From a virus: a stretch of DNA of 64,000 nt. Shown here piece after piece: positions 38,031-48,290 of the stretch; position 1 is the first letter of the stretch, and each line of letters opens with the position of its first letter. The position numbers and the translations under genes are program-made. The notes beneath the pieces are model-generated. The model ran no database searches. It was not told the origin of the DNA and saw only the letters and a list, made by a program, of their open reading frames with translations. Location: positions 3-64,002 of the IMG/VR virus record IMGVR_UViG_3300028534_000015, one strand, 5' to 3'.

Positions 38031-39603
38031 TATTGTGTCTCCTTTTGTGTAAATCTATAATTAAATCAGCGACCTGATTTCTAAAATTAGGGTCTATGAA
38101 TAAGTGTGATTCTTCATGACCCAACTCTTTTCCAGCTAAACACCTGTATGGAACGCTAATGATATCATTACATAATGCATTAATGGCATTAATGATTACA
38201 GGTTCTCCTTCATCATTAGCATCCAATTTAGGTTTGATTTTGTAAAATTGTTCTAATTCTATCCTCCTTTCTTTAGAGATATGTTCTCTTCCAGCGTTAT
38301 CACTTATTGTCATATTGTGAACATCAATAGCTGACATTAATAACCACGCGATACTTTTATGATTCATTTTGTAAGCTACTAAAGATGCTGTCACCATGAG
38401 TGTCACTATATCGCCAAAATTTTTATCCGGATTGTATCCGTTAAAATAAGCTATACTTTCATATCTTACAAGTCCTATAGCTTTTGGATCATGCTTTCTT
38501 TCTGGCGTGATAGAAAGAATAATTACAGCAAGATCCAATAACGGATCAAAGATAGGATACGGTTCAAGACCAGCAAGTCTGTTTATTAATGTGTCTACCA
38601 ATCTTTCTTCTACATCAAACATGTAAACAGAAAGATTGTTTTTAACGTTAGCTACAGACGCAATAACTTCTTGAATACAGCCAGGAGTTACAGGAGAGAT
38701 CATTCTATACATACTAAAATAATCCTCTTGATCTCCTGTTTCAGGATCTACGCCTTCTCGTTTTTCGTAGATGCTTTTATTTTCTACTAAAACCTTTCTT
38801 GCAGTAGAATAAAAGAACGTAACAATGTTTGTGCTGTCATTGTCATATTCTGGTATAGATACAGGTAAAAGTTTTAGTACGGTTATTCCGAATAGATACT
38901 TTGGAAACTCCTCTTTTGGAACACCTTTACTGAATGCAATAGCGTCTGCATTGAAACCTTTCATTTGTGATTCGACCACAATCGCAAATCCATCAAGAAG
39001 TTTTTTAACAGGAGCTGTTTCGTAAAGACCAGATTCTTCAGGTATGACAACAGAAACCAACGAGTACTCTTTTGACTTACTGTTAAAGATACTCGTATTA
39101 TTTACATACAACATACCCGCAGGACCAACAATCATTTTACTAATAATTAACAGTCCTACCATCTCGATATACTGATCTTTTGTAAATGTTTGTACTTCTG
39201 TTCCAACATTATCTTTTTCAAGTTTTTTATCAAACCGTTCAACGAACTTTGATGGGGCTGTTATTCCTTCTTCTCTTACAAAGTTTGTTATTTCGTCTAA
39301 ATTCAACAGACGATGAAGTTGAAGAATTTTATCTCTGAATTGCATAATGATTACATCTGACGGTACAATTTTAGTACAGATAATGTTAATATCTCTATAA
39401 ATCTCGAAGAGTTCGTCTTGAAATGCAGTACCTTTAGTTTCAAGAAAACGATTAACAAGTTTCCATTGAAGCGGATCGGAAAGTCTAAATCTCCTGTCGT
39501 TTTTAATTAGTCCGTTTAATTCAAACAGAAGCGTCTCACTTCCATGTTGAATTTTACAGACAATAGGTTTCGGCACGTTTAAATTATCGTACGAAAATAT
39601 CAT
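38023..39603 (-). CDS. Non-virion RNA polymerase promoter-specificity subunit (phiKZ gp68-like)
   Basis: 526 aa; QEDYFSMYRM motif; synteny directly upstream of the PicA-like gene. Confidence 0.7.
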   Translation of the reverse strand: MIFSYDNLNVPKPIVCKIQHGSETLLFELNGLIKNDRRFRLSDPLQWKLVNRFLETKGTAFQDELFEIYRDINIICTKIVPSDVIIMQFRDKILQLHRLLNLDEITNFVREEGITAPSKFVERFDKKLEKDNVGTEVQTFTKDQYIEMVGLLIISKMIVGPAGMLYVNNTSIFNSKSKEYSLVSVVIPEESGLYETAPVKKLLDGFAIVVESQMKGFNADAIAFSKGVPKEEFPKYLFGITVLKLLPVSIPEYDNDSTNIVTFFYSTARKVLVENKSIYEKREGVDPETGDQEDYFSMYRMISPVTPGCIQEVIASVANVKNNLSVYMFDVEERLVDTLINRLAGLEPYPIFDPLLDLAVIILSITPERKHDPKAIGLVRYESIAYFNGYNPDKNFGDIVTLMVTASLVAYKMNHKSIAWLLMSAIDVHNMTISDNAGREHISKERRIELEQFYKIKPKLDANDEGEPVIINAINALCNDIISVPYRCLAGKELGHEESHLFIDPNFRNQVADLIIDLHKRRHNNV

Positions 39604-39652
39604 ATTTATTCTCCTTTTTGATATGATGTAACTATATAATATATAGATAATA

Positions 39653-40510
39653 TTATTTATAAATAAGTCTTCTAATTGTTGCGTTCACTGCGTCTCTTGT
39701 ATTGGGAGTTGCATTTAAATGCGATTTAACTACAGTTTGACTTGTAGTTGGAATCCACTTTCTTTTTTCAGCTATCTCACCGACCTCCTTTCTTATATCT
39801 TTAAATGGTTTTTCTAAAATTCTATTATCTCCTAGAAGTCTGAGTAAGAGTTCATTAAACGGAAGTTTATGTTTATCGTAGTAAACACTTTTAGGATATT
39901 TTTTGTTAAAATCAAGTTTATTAACGATAGTGCCGTGAACAGATTCTACAAGAACAAAATCTTTATTTAACGTATAATTTAACAAGTCCACAGGAAAGTG
40001 AGTTATTATGATAACTCTTTTTTGTGTCTTTATTAAGAAATCGTCAATCATCTCACAAGATGTATTCTCATTAATGTAATCTGATTTCATACTGACTAAT
40101 TTAATTGTTGCAGCAATAAATCTTTCAATGTCGTTTTTTGGTTTTAAAAACCTTTTATAGGTTACTTTAAAATAATCGTTATAAAAAACAATGAGTTTAC
40201 AATTTGTATTTCTAAATAAAACATCAATATTGTTGATCTCTTCTATAATAACATCTGTAAGTAAGTAAATGTTATTAACTATTAACTCTTTGTTTTTTGA
40301 TCCACAAGAAGTGATAATATTTCTTACAAGTGTGTGTAAGTTTATATAACAATAGTCAAACTTGTTTGGATCTAATCTTTCGAATTGTCTATTCTTATCA
40401 TAAGCAAAACTGTCCATACCAAACAATGTTTCAATAGCAATCCCCGTTCCTATACTTAAACTATATGAACTTCTAACCCGTTCATAAATTATTTTTTCCA
40501 TATGTGTCAT
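39653..40510 (-). CDS. Conserved chimallivirus core protein, PIN/5'-exonuclease-like appearance
   Basis: SLSIGTGIAIETL, YINLHTLVRNI, IITHFPVDLL, LPFNELLLRLLGD; position upstream of the gp68-like gene. Confidence 0.6.
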   Translation of the reverse strand: MTHMEKIIYERVRSSYSLSIGTGIAIETLFGMDSFAYDKNRQFERLDPNKFDYCYINLHTLVRNIITSCGSKNKELIVNNIYLLTDVIIEEINNIDVLFRNTNCKLIVFYNDYFKVTYKRFLKPKNDIERFIAATIKLVSMKSDYINENTSCEMIDDFLIKTQKRVIIITHFPVDLLNYTLNKDFVLVESVHGTIVNKLDFNKKYPKSVYYDKHKLPFNELLLRLLGDNRILEKPFKDIRKEVGEIAEKRKWIPTTSQTVVKSHLNATPNTRDAVNATIRRLIYK

Positions 40511-40634
40511 CTATAAGTCTCCTTTTTTAAATACGTCATATAGATAATATATAAATGTATAATGATATATGTCATGATAAAAAATAGTTGTCATAAAAAC
40601 TTCTATTGAGTATAATTATAAAAAAGGAAAGCCT

Positions 40635-41033
40635 ATGGGACTACCTGTATTATCAGACGTTGGAGAATTAACAGATCCCAATATGATTATGGTTCAGCTT
40701 TATCAGTACTTTTTAGCGTCATTGGAAGCTCAATCGTCATATTTTAAAATAACATCCGCTAAATACATTATTGGTCTAAAAGAACCCGGATTTGAATTAG
40801 AAAACGATTTTAGATTAGCGTTAGAAAATCTTTTCAGTAAGTATTTTGAAAACGTTACTGTTGAAGCCTCACTTATAGATAAAGATGATAATAACAATTT
40901 TTCTATGAATATTAACATAATAGGATATAAAGACAATAAGCAATACACATTACTTAGATCAGCGTCTATTTCTGAAAATAGAATAGATGATATTATGTTA
41001 AATATAACAAAAACAACAAGAACAATAAGTTAA
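40635..41033 (+). CDS. Conserved phiKZ-like protein, possible gp25-like sheath initiator fold
   Basis: 132 aa; LENLFSKYFENVTVE pattern. Confidence 0.45.
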   Translation: MGLPVLSDVGELTDPNMIMVQLYQYFLASLEAQSSYFKITSAKYIIGLKEPGFELENDFRLALENLFSKYFENVTVEASLIDKDDNNNFSMNINIIGYKDNKQYTLLRSASISENRIDDIMLNITKTTRTIS

Positions 41034-41049
41034 AAAAAAGGAAAATATT

Positions 41050-41598
41050 ATGACAAAACAAGAAAAACTAATTAAAGCAGAAAGACAGCTTAGACAAAGA
41101 GCGGCTGACGAACTAACTAAACGAATTTCAGATTGTAGAAATGAATTATATAATTCAACAGAGCATTTACAAAAAATGCCATTATCTGTTTATAAAGAAA
41201 TATTCGAACCTATATTCACAGGCAAGGTAGTGTTAAATGAACAAAACATTGGCATTATAGGAAAATATGTTTCGTACGCAGGTTCCCCTAAAAAACCAGT
41301 TTTGGTTGTTGATGAGAATAATGTTGTTGTTATGAGATTAGACGGTATTTACCAACTAACTCCTTTAGACCTAATCCAGAAAATATCATCAGGTACAAAT
41401 TTCACTAATCTAGCAAACACAATAGAAGCAGCTATGCAAGGCAGAAGAACAAATTTGCCTATAATGGAAGAAGAAACAGCCATGCACATAAAAACAACAG
41501 TGCTTGAAAATGTACCGGATAGAAATCCAAAATTAGAACCAGAAGCAGTTAAAGCAGCAATGACAGATGATATAGATATTAACGATCTTTTCGAGTAA
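41050..41598 (+). CDS. Conserved phiKZ-like hypothetical protein
   Basis: 182 aa; YAGSPKKPVLVVD motif. Confidence 0.6.
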   Translation: MTKQEKLIKAERQLRQRAADELTKRISDCRNELYNSTEHLQKMPLSVYKEIFEPIFTGKVVLNEQNIGIIGKYVSYAGSPKKPVLVVDENNVVVMRLDGIYQLTPLDLIQKISSGTNFTNLANTIEAAMQGRRTNLPIMEEETAMHIKTTVLENVPDRNPKLEPEAVKAAMTDDIDINDLFE

Positions 41599-41600
41599 CT

Positions 41601-41630
41601 CTACATACGGACAATATTGTCCGTATGTAG
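41601..41630. terminator. 30-bp perfect palindrome between convergent genes
   Basis: ctacatacggacaat|attgtccgtatgtag. Confidence 0.75.
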
Positions 41631-41633
41631 TGA

Positions 41634-42752
41634 TTATATATGTTTTTTTAATTCTTCTATAAAATCTAACTTATTAACAATATTAAAGTTTTCTAGTTCT
41701 TCTTCGACTAAAGACACTATGTTGTCGTTTGTTATTTGTAATCCAACAATCTCTTCTGATAGTGCGCTTCTAACATCTGTCTTCTCTTTTTTATTACTTG
41801 CAAAATCTATGGTGTAATCTTGAAATAAATTTTTAATATCTTTTATGACCGATTTATCTATAGATAGATCTTTAGTTTTAACCCTGATAAAACTACCAGC
41901 AGGTAATTTAAGTTTTTTGATAATAGCTATTAATTCATTAGGGTTATATTTTTCCATATGGATTGTTTTATAAATTTTAGCATTCTCATTCTCTAAAAAT
42001 AAATATTCATTCCCAAGTTCGTTGTATTCAAAAAGCACAGTGCCTTTTTTACACTCTGAACCGTGATTGTGTCTATCAAAACTACCAGTCATTATAATTC
42101 TGTCATATGTTGAAAACTCATGTATATGACCACAAGAGATAAATCCATCACAAATAGATAAATAATCTTCTTCATTATGATTTGCTTTTGATGAAACAGG
42201 AAGATTATAATTCCATTGTCCATGTAGAATAACATGATTTACCTTACTTAACCCATGTTCTTTCATAAGATTCAAAACATCTTTAAAAGTTTCTTTTGCG
42301 TTACTATTGTTTAATTCGTCTGGAACATATAAAATTGTAAAATTTAAATCTTTCATATGTTCTATAAACAAAGTATCGACATATTTAAAATCAACATTGT
42401 AGTTTAATTTATCTATAATCTTATAGAAGTTTTTCATTTGTCCCATGTCATGACTTTTTGTTCCCTCTAACGCTCTTAGTTTAATGTTATTATTACTACA
42501 GAATGAAACAAGGAAGATTAAAAGATCGGTAAAAACAGAATAGTCATTGCTATTTGTAGGTAACAATTTATGTGTCAAATCTCCAGATAATGTTATGATA
42601 TCTAAATTTTCAAATAGCTTTGTGTGTTTGAAAAAGAATTTTTTTATATTTTCAAACATAAAATTAGCGTGTGTGTTAGGGTGTCCGATATGAATATCAG
42701 ATAAGTTAAGTATTTTAATAGACTTCATTGCATCTCTTCTTTTTAGTTTCAT
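41634..42752 (-). CDS. sbcD: SbcD/Mre11-like metallophosphoesterase nuclease (phiKZ gp65-like)
   Basis: SDIHIG, GDLTH, EGTKSHD, LHGQW, CGHIH, GSFDR. Confidence 0.88.
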   Translation of the reverse strand: MKLKRRDAMKSIKILNLSDIHIGHPNTHANFMFENIKKFFFKHTKLFENLDIITLSGDLTHKLLPTNSNDYSVFTDLLIFLVSFCSNNNIKLRALEGTKSHDMGQMKNFYKIIDKLNYNVDFKYVDTLFIEHMKDLNFTILYVPDELNNSNAKETFKDVLNLMKEHGLSKVNHVILHGQWNYNLPVSSKANHNEEDYLSICDGFISCGHIHEFSTYDRIIMTGSFDRHNHGSECKKGTVLFEYNELGNEYLFLENENAKIYKTIHMEKYNPNELIAIIKKLKLPAGSFIRVKTKDLSIDKSVIKDIKNLFQDYTIDFASNKKEKTDVRSALSEEIVGLQITNDNIVSLVEEELENFNIVNKLDFIEELKKHI

Positions 42753-42772
42753 AAAAAATATTATTTATAAAT

Positions 42773-42805
42773 ACTTTATAGACTCGGAGTCCGAGTCTAT
42801 AAAGT
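42773..42805 (-). terminator. Long hairpin at end of 42805..44160
   Basis: actttatagactcgga-g-tccgagtctataaagt, 16-bp arms. Confidence 0.7.
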
Positions 42806-44160
42806 CAAAGGAATTTAATTTTATCCGATATTTCAGATGCAGATAAATTACCACCTATTACCTGTCCACTATTAGCATCAGTATCTAAAAAAAGATGAAG
42901 TACACTAGCTTCCATTTTACTATTGTTATCAAAAGTAATATGAACTCCTTGAAGAATACCGTTAGTGAATTGCATTACTTCAGATTCTTCAATATGGGAT
43001 ACACCCATAAAAGGTCTTAACAATCTAGCGTTTGAAAATGACCATGTATATAATCTTCTATGACCGTCTTCTTCTAAGATTTTGGATCGTTCCATATAAC
43101 CATTTGATGTCATACCTTGTTTCTTTACATAAGTCTGTTCATTTTTAAGAACTTTATGATTTTGTTTTCTTTTTGTATATATGCTATCTGTTTTGACATC
43201 GTCGTTGGTTATTTCAACTGGTCTGTTTACAATAGATCTTGGTTCTGTAACAGCAATGCCTGTTCCATTATTTTTCATAGGTGTTTCGCCATCATGATCT
43301 ATACTTGTTATTTTATCAACAAGTATTTTAAGTATATTTCCTTTATACGCATAAGTTCCATTTGATCCCATACTTGTAACATTGTTAGCCACTGTAACTT
43401 GAAGTGTTTCTTCAAGTTTTATAGCGCTGTCTTTCCTATGTGTTGGATATATAAATAACGTGTCTTTATTTTTATATCTTTGTAAATAAACACCTACTCC
43501 ACCATTGTAAATTCCATAGTTCTTTTGTAAATAGTAAGGAAGTTTAAATATATCAATGGTATCAGGTATAAGAATTTGTTCATATGTTCTAGTATTATTT
43601 GGTTCTATTATATCAATTTCTATAAGATTGTTTTGTATTAACGCATTAATATCAGCATTAACTTTACTAAAAGCAGATGACAAAACGTCAAACATTGTGC
43701 AATTTTTGTATGTACCGTAAATAACGGTGTTTTTAAGCGCATTAAGACTTTCAGGTATACATTCGCCATGAACTTCTGTAAACTCCTTATTTAGGTCTGT
43801 GAGGGTGCGATTAGCGTAAGATCCTAGCTTGATGTGAGGACCAATATCTCTTAAAACAAAATCATACGTAATTTCAGACACATCGCCTAGCGTATAATAT
43901 GTAATAGTGATTTTTAAATTATCTCTTTGCGGATATACAAATTTAACCATATCGCCTAACGGAAGAAGAAAACTTACTAAAGTAAAATCAGATTGTCTTC
44001 CGACATAATCTCTATTTATATCTACGTCAATACATGTTGGTGGTTTTAATATTTGACCATCTGGAAGATGTAAAGCTAGCTCAAAATGAGCAGACATGTC
44101 TTTTCCAATACAACCTGTTTGTATTGACATAATTTCGTCTTGAATGAACTTTTGTTCCAT
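42805..44160 (-). CDS. Virion structural protein (baseplate hub-like)
   Basis: 451 aa; PYYLQKNYGIYNGGVGVY; WSFSNARLLRPFM; late-gene block. Confidence 0.6.
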   Translation of the reverse strand: MEQKFIQDEIMSIQTGCIGKDMSAHFELALHLPDGQILKPPTCIDVDINRDYVGRQSDFTLVSFLLPLGDMVKFVYPQRDNLKITITYYTLGDVSEITYDFVLRDIGPHIKLGSYANRTLTDLNKEFTEVHGECIPESLNALKNTVIYGTYKNCTMFDVLSSAFSKVNADINALIQNNLIEIDIIEPNNTRTYEQILIPDTIDIFKLPYYLQKNYGIYNGGVGVYLQRYKNKDTLFIYPTHRKDSAIKLEETLQVTVANNVTSMGSNGTYAYKGNILKILVDKITSIDHDGETPMKNNGTGIAVTEPRSIVNRPVEITNDDVKTDSIYTKRKQNHKVLKNEQTYVKKQGMTSNGYMERSKILEEDGHRRLYTWSFSNARLLRPFMGVSHIEESEVMQFTNGILQGVHITFDNNSKMEASVLHLFLDTDANSGQVIGGNLSASEISDKIKFL

Positions 44161-44182
44161 TATAGACTCCTTATTAAATTCA

Positions 44183-44216
44183 ATGTAAGTGAACGCTAAA
44201 AAGCGTTCACTTACAT
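44183..44216 (-). terminator. Terminator of 44211..44885
   Basis: atgtaagtgaacgct/agcgttcacttacat 15-bp stem. Confidence 0.7.
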
Positions 44217-44885
44217 GTCTGGATTTAATTTAATAAGAGGAATTAGTTTTGTTCTTAAATCAATAACTGATTTAAGCTCCTCATTAATTTTAACATTTAG
44301 GGTTAAAATCTCTATCCTAGCGTCAAAATCGTCTGGTAAAGAATAACGTTTAATGTCATCTTCAGTTCTAAAGACAATACTTAAATCATCTATTTCTGTA
44401 TCGTTTATGATAGAGACGATTTTATCAATAAGGTGTTTAATGTTATCTGAATTATATGTTCTTAATTTTAAAATATTTGCTAGTTTAACAATATCATTTA
44501 CAGTTATTTTCAAAATAGATAAAGATTCGTCGTAGTCAATTTCATTCCCATCAAACAACTTTTTAAATGGTTCTTTATTGTCAACGAACGCCTTAATCAA
44601 AATTTTTGTCTCTTTACTTCCAACAAACTCTAAAATTTTAGATACATCATATTCGTAATTAACTATCATAACCTGAAGATTATCTATTTCGTTACTTAAA
44701 AGCTCTAAAGCTTTTTTAATAGCAGCGTTTAGTGTTGAAGGCGTGACATCTTTTAGTGATTCATAAAATCCTTCTGACAAATATTGTGCTGCTTTAATAA
44801 GTGTTTCTTTATCTTGTTTTTCTTTAAGCTGTTTTTTAATAAGCTGGATATCTGAAAGTCTTTTTAGTATTTCTTGTAATGTCAT
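44211..44885 (-). CDS. Hypothetical (probably virion) protein
   Basis: 224-aa helical ORF in structural block. Confidence 0.6.
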   Translation of the reverse strand: MTLQEILKRLSDIQLIKKQLKEKQDKETLIKAAQYLSEGFYESLKDVTPSTLNAAIKKALELLSNEIDNLQVMIVNYEYDVSKILEFVGSKETKILIKAFVDNKEPFKKLFDGNEIDYDESLSILKITVNDIVKLANILKLRTYNSDNIKHLIDKIVSIINDTEIDDLSIVFRTEDDIKRYSLPDDFDARIEILTLNVKINEELKSVIDLRTKLIPLIKLNPDM

Positions 44886-44896
44886 GTTTTTTCCTT

Positions 44897-45472
44897 TTAT
44901 TGGTAATATTGTGAGTAATCAGTATTAGGCTCACTTTCTTTTTTAATTTCTTTTTTAACAAACACAGGTTTATTCAAACCAAAAACATCTCCGGCAAGCG
45001 TGTGAGTTTCCATTTCACGTTTAATATCCGTAAAAATGACATGTTCAAACTTTTCTTCAATATATGATTTTAATGCCTTATAGTTTTCTATGTTATTTAG
45101 AAATTTAGTATTGTCATCTAATACATCGTCACCTAGATAATTTCTAACAGTAGAAACCTCATTTTTACCAAGAATTTTTAAAGTTTCTTTGTAAAGTTTT
45201 TTAATATCGTTTAGACCTATTTGAAAATCAAATCCATCAGAAACAAGCCTAGCTATCACAGCACTGTCTACATAGAAGTCTCCTTCTATGTCTTGTAAGC
45301 TAACATCGTTGATAACCTTTCCTGTTACAATATCTGTAAAACTTCTATAAGGTAACTGAATATGTTGAAGTTCTTCATACGTGTAGACACCAACATATTT
45401 AGCTCTTATATTATATCGTTCTCTTTTACCTTGCATATGTATTCTCCAAACTATAACTATTGACTTTTGCAT
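44897..45472 (-). CDS. Conserved phiKZ-like hypothetical protein
   Basis: 191-aa ORF; real start probably MQGKRER. Confidence 0.6.
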   Translation of the reverse strand: MQKSIVIVWRIHMQGKRERYNIRAKYVGVYTYEELQHIQLPYRSFTDIVTGKVINDVSLQDIEGDFYVDSAVIARLVSDGFDFQIGLNDIKKLYKETLKILGKNEVSTVRNYLGDDVLDDNTKFLNNIENYKALKSYIEEKFEHVIFTDIKREMETHTLAGDVFGLNKPVFVKKEIKKESEPNTDYSQYYQ

Positions 45473-46688
45473 ATTTCAGAAGCATATAAATAAAAGGAAC
45501 ATAATAAAATTGCTCTAGTCTATTTCGCTCCCAAATAGTATCCTTCAGTTTTAACACAGAAGTATAGTCAACTTGTTTTCTAAAAATGAAATCAACCAAG
45601 AGTTTTTCTAATAAAGATAAATTTACTCCATCGTCAAGTTTATAAAATTCATTACTAAATAGCATTGTAGTAATGTCTTGATTAGGAAATAACGTATCTT
45701 CATTTCCTTCTATTGGTTTTACGATATCATTTTCAAAGTCTTCATAGACCGTATTTAATTCAACACCGGAATAGAATAGTGATTGAAAATATGGATTGTC
45801 TGTAAAACTATCTAATGTCTCTGACACTCTTTTACATTTTACAAAAGATTTAATAGAGGTATCTCTATTAAGAATAAAATAGAATGGTGTTCTATAGTTG
45901 TCGAACGGTTTATCTCCCCAACGTAACATTCTTTGAAAATACGGATGTTCTCTTTCAAACACAACGTGAATAAATGCGTTTAAGTATACGTCAACAGTAA
46001 CAAGTTCTGATTCGACAGGTACACTAAGAGCATCATATTCTGAATTAAAAAATGATTCCATATATCGTGTAACAAGAAAGTTTAAATACGTGTCAGCATT
46101 TTTTCTAAATGTTAAAATATCTTCAGTAACAATAGGCGTTGTATTGTCAAAGAAAGCATTAGGATCATAAGACATTGTTGAAATAGACTTCTCACGAACA
46201 TCTTCGAACAATTGTTCTGTGCTTGTAGTAAGTATATGCGATAATTTAAACTTACATGTATATATATTTCTAAAGTTATAAAGGTTATGTGTAACTTCAT
46301 AAACTGTAAAATACCCTAAACTATTATCTATAAGTCTAGCAAAAAATATATCGCCTTCTTGTGGTATAATGTCAGATATAATACATTCGCCTTCAACATT
46401 ATTAATAGAAATATTTTCTATTGGTGTAGTAAGTTTAACCTCAAAGTTATTGATAGCTATATATTGCTCTAATCCAGCGGATGTGTTAATATCGGCTGTT
46501 AGTCCAATATCATTTTCAGCTATCTGTTTATTAAAATAAGTATCTACAGTCCAACTATAACCCGATATAAATTTAGTTAGTTTTGTTATAGGTACATCTG
46601 TATCTATGACTGTAGAAATAGCCACACTCTTTTGTGGAGCTTCCACTTCCACAATTTCTATCGGGCTTTCATCAGGTATTCCTATCAT
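45426..46688 (-). CDS. Virion structural protein (neck/head-tail-like)
   Basis: ISGYSWTVD.YF, IIPQEGDIFF patterns typical of phiKZ-like structural proteins. Confidence 0.65.
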   Translation of the reverse strand: MIGIPDESPIEIVEVEAPQKSVAISTVIDTDVPITKLTKFISGYSWTVDTYFNKQIAENDIGLTADINTSAGLEQYIAINNFEVKLTTPIENISINNVEGECIISDIIPQEGDIFFARLIDNSLGYFTVYEVTHNLYNFRNIYTCKFKLSHILTTSTEQLFEDVREKSISTMSYDPNAFFDNTTPIVTEDILTFRKNADTYLNFLVTRYMESFFNSEYDALSVPVESELVTVDVYLNAFIHVVFEREHPYFQRMLRWGDKPFDNYRTPFYFILNRDTSIKSFVKCKRVSETLDSFTDNPYFQSLFYSGVELNTVYEDFENDIVKPIEGNEDTLFPNQDITTMLFSNEFYKLDDGVNLSLLEKLLVDFIFRKQVDYTSVLKLKDTIWERNRLEQFYYVPFIYMLLKYAKVNSYSLENTYAR

Positions 46689-46691
46689 GTG

Positions 46692-48233
46692 TTATCCTTT
46701 TTTTAAAATATGTGATACAATACTGCTTTTAAAATAAGCTGTTTTAATTCCTTTTGTAGGAAATTCTAAATTAGTGTCAATAACTTTTTCATCACTATTA
46801 TCAACAACGAGCAACTCTTTCAAGCTAAGAAACTCATCTTTACATGTATCGTTTATTTTTTCTTTTGCTTTTGTAGATAGTAATTCGCTGTTATTAATTA
46901 TACTAAAAGCCAGTCTGTAAATTCCATTTAACGGTAATGTTTTATTTAAAACAACATCTAAGTTAGGTTTAACAATTACAGTATCAGTAGATAAAGCTGT
47001 ATTTTTATCAAAAACACGTATGTTAAAAATAGACTGGAAAGGTTCCGATAAATCTTCATTTTCACATTTCATTAAAATTTCTAACATTTCATCTGTAAAC
47101 GAATACTCTGGGAGATCACTAAGGTTAAACAAAACATCTCCAACTTTTGTATCTGACGTTATTGAGAATAAAATAGTTAATAAAATATAGAATGGACCGA
47201 TATGTTTTATTGTATAATGTTTGTCTGTAGAAGGAATAGTAAGATAATCATTGACATAAAAATCTTCTATAAACAATAAAGCATTTTTATCGAAACCAAA
47301 ATCTGTATCAACTTTAGCGATGCTGTCTAACCATAAATCTAGTTTTTCTTTAGATCTATCATAAATATTTTCTGTAGATATTACAGTTCTAAATGCTTTA
47401 TCTAACATCAACTGCCAGACATATGGCTGATATCTAAATTCCATCGTCGTTGGTATTTTCATAAATAACTCATATTTAAACTCTGCTTCCCACATCTCTG
47501 TTTCTTTATCAAATGATTTTTTAGTATCTAAAATATCATCTGTAAAGTTACCTATCAATTCTTTTTGGACTTCTTTAAAGACTATAGATGATTTATCTAA
47601 ATCTCCATTCATAGGAGACATTAGTGAATACCTTTCATCAGATATAGAACGTATATAATCATTCAGTGTTATTTCACTATTTGTAGTTTTGTTTTTATTA
47701 TAAACGATATTACCCATAAGTGCTACAGCAAATTTAGGTAATGTTATATAATAAATAACATCATGAGAAGTCATGAGTCGGTTCGAAATCCTTCTAACTC
47801 TAAGGTTATTCAAAATACCGACCACTTCATTTTTAAATTTTGATTTAACTTTAAAAGATAATTCAATTTTATGCTGGACATATAAGTTCTTTATATAAAA
47901 ATCTGTTTCTCTATCGTAAAGTAATGGAAGTGAACGATTATATTTATAATCTGTATCGTTTATAGATTGTTTATCGATATCGACAGTATATTCAACTTCA
48001 ATAACAGATAGTCTATTATGATTTTTTTCATTAAGTGTTTGGTCTCCAACATTCCAGTTTTTATTAATGTATGGATTATCTGAATTCACAATAGAAATAT
48101 GTGTATCTAAATCCATAAGGAATAATCGTTTTATATCATTCATAATAGTTACTATAGCTGGACCTACTACTGTACTTTCTAAGTCGTTTATTGGTGTTCG
48201 AAATTTTATCATAGTATCTCCTATATAATTCAA
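46692..48233 (-). CDS. Virion structural protein
   Basis: 513 aa; FRYQPYVWQ motif; structural block. Confidence 0.65.
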   Translation of the reverse strand: MNYIGDTMIKFRTPINDLESTVVGPAIVTIMNDIKRLFLMDLDTHISIVNSDNPYINKNWNVGDQTLNEKNHNRLSVIEVEYTVDIDKQSINDTDYKYNRSLPLLYDRETDFYIKNLYVQHKIELSFKVKSKFKNEVVGILNNLRVRRISNRLMTSHDVIYYITLPKFAVALMGNIVYNKNKTTNSEITLNDYIRSISDERYSLMSPMNGDLDKSSIVFKEVQKELIGNFTDDILDTKKSFDKETEMWEAEFKYELFMKIPTTMEFRYQPYVWQLMLDKAFRTVISTENIYDRSKEKLDLWLDSIAKVDTDFGFDKNALLFIEDFYVNDYLTIPSTDKHYTIKHIGPFYILLTILFSITSDTKVGDVLFNLSDLPEYSFTDEMLEILMKCENEDLSEPFQSIFNIRVFDKNTALSTDTVIVKPNLDVVLNKTLPLNGIYRLAFSIINNSELLSTKAKEKINDTCKDEFLSLKELLVVDNSDEKVIDTNLEFPTKGIKTAYFKSSIVSHILKKG

Positions 48234-48290
48234 GGAAAAAAAGAAAAAAAAAATAAATAAAGTTAGAGGAACCGAAGTCCCTCTGTAACA

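Noticed and set aside
39653-40510. Calling this ORF ChmC on position alone
   Set aside because: It lacks an obvious disordered tail and looks more like a PIN/5'-exonuclease fold; cannot be assigned without a profile search
23376-42752. Chimallin (ChmA) or PhuZ tubulin among the unassigned ORFs
   Set aside because: No unassigned ORF of suitable size or motif here; the usual ChmA neighbour (nvRNAP beta' N-terminal gene) is also absent, so they probably lie outside the window
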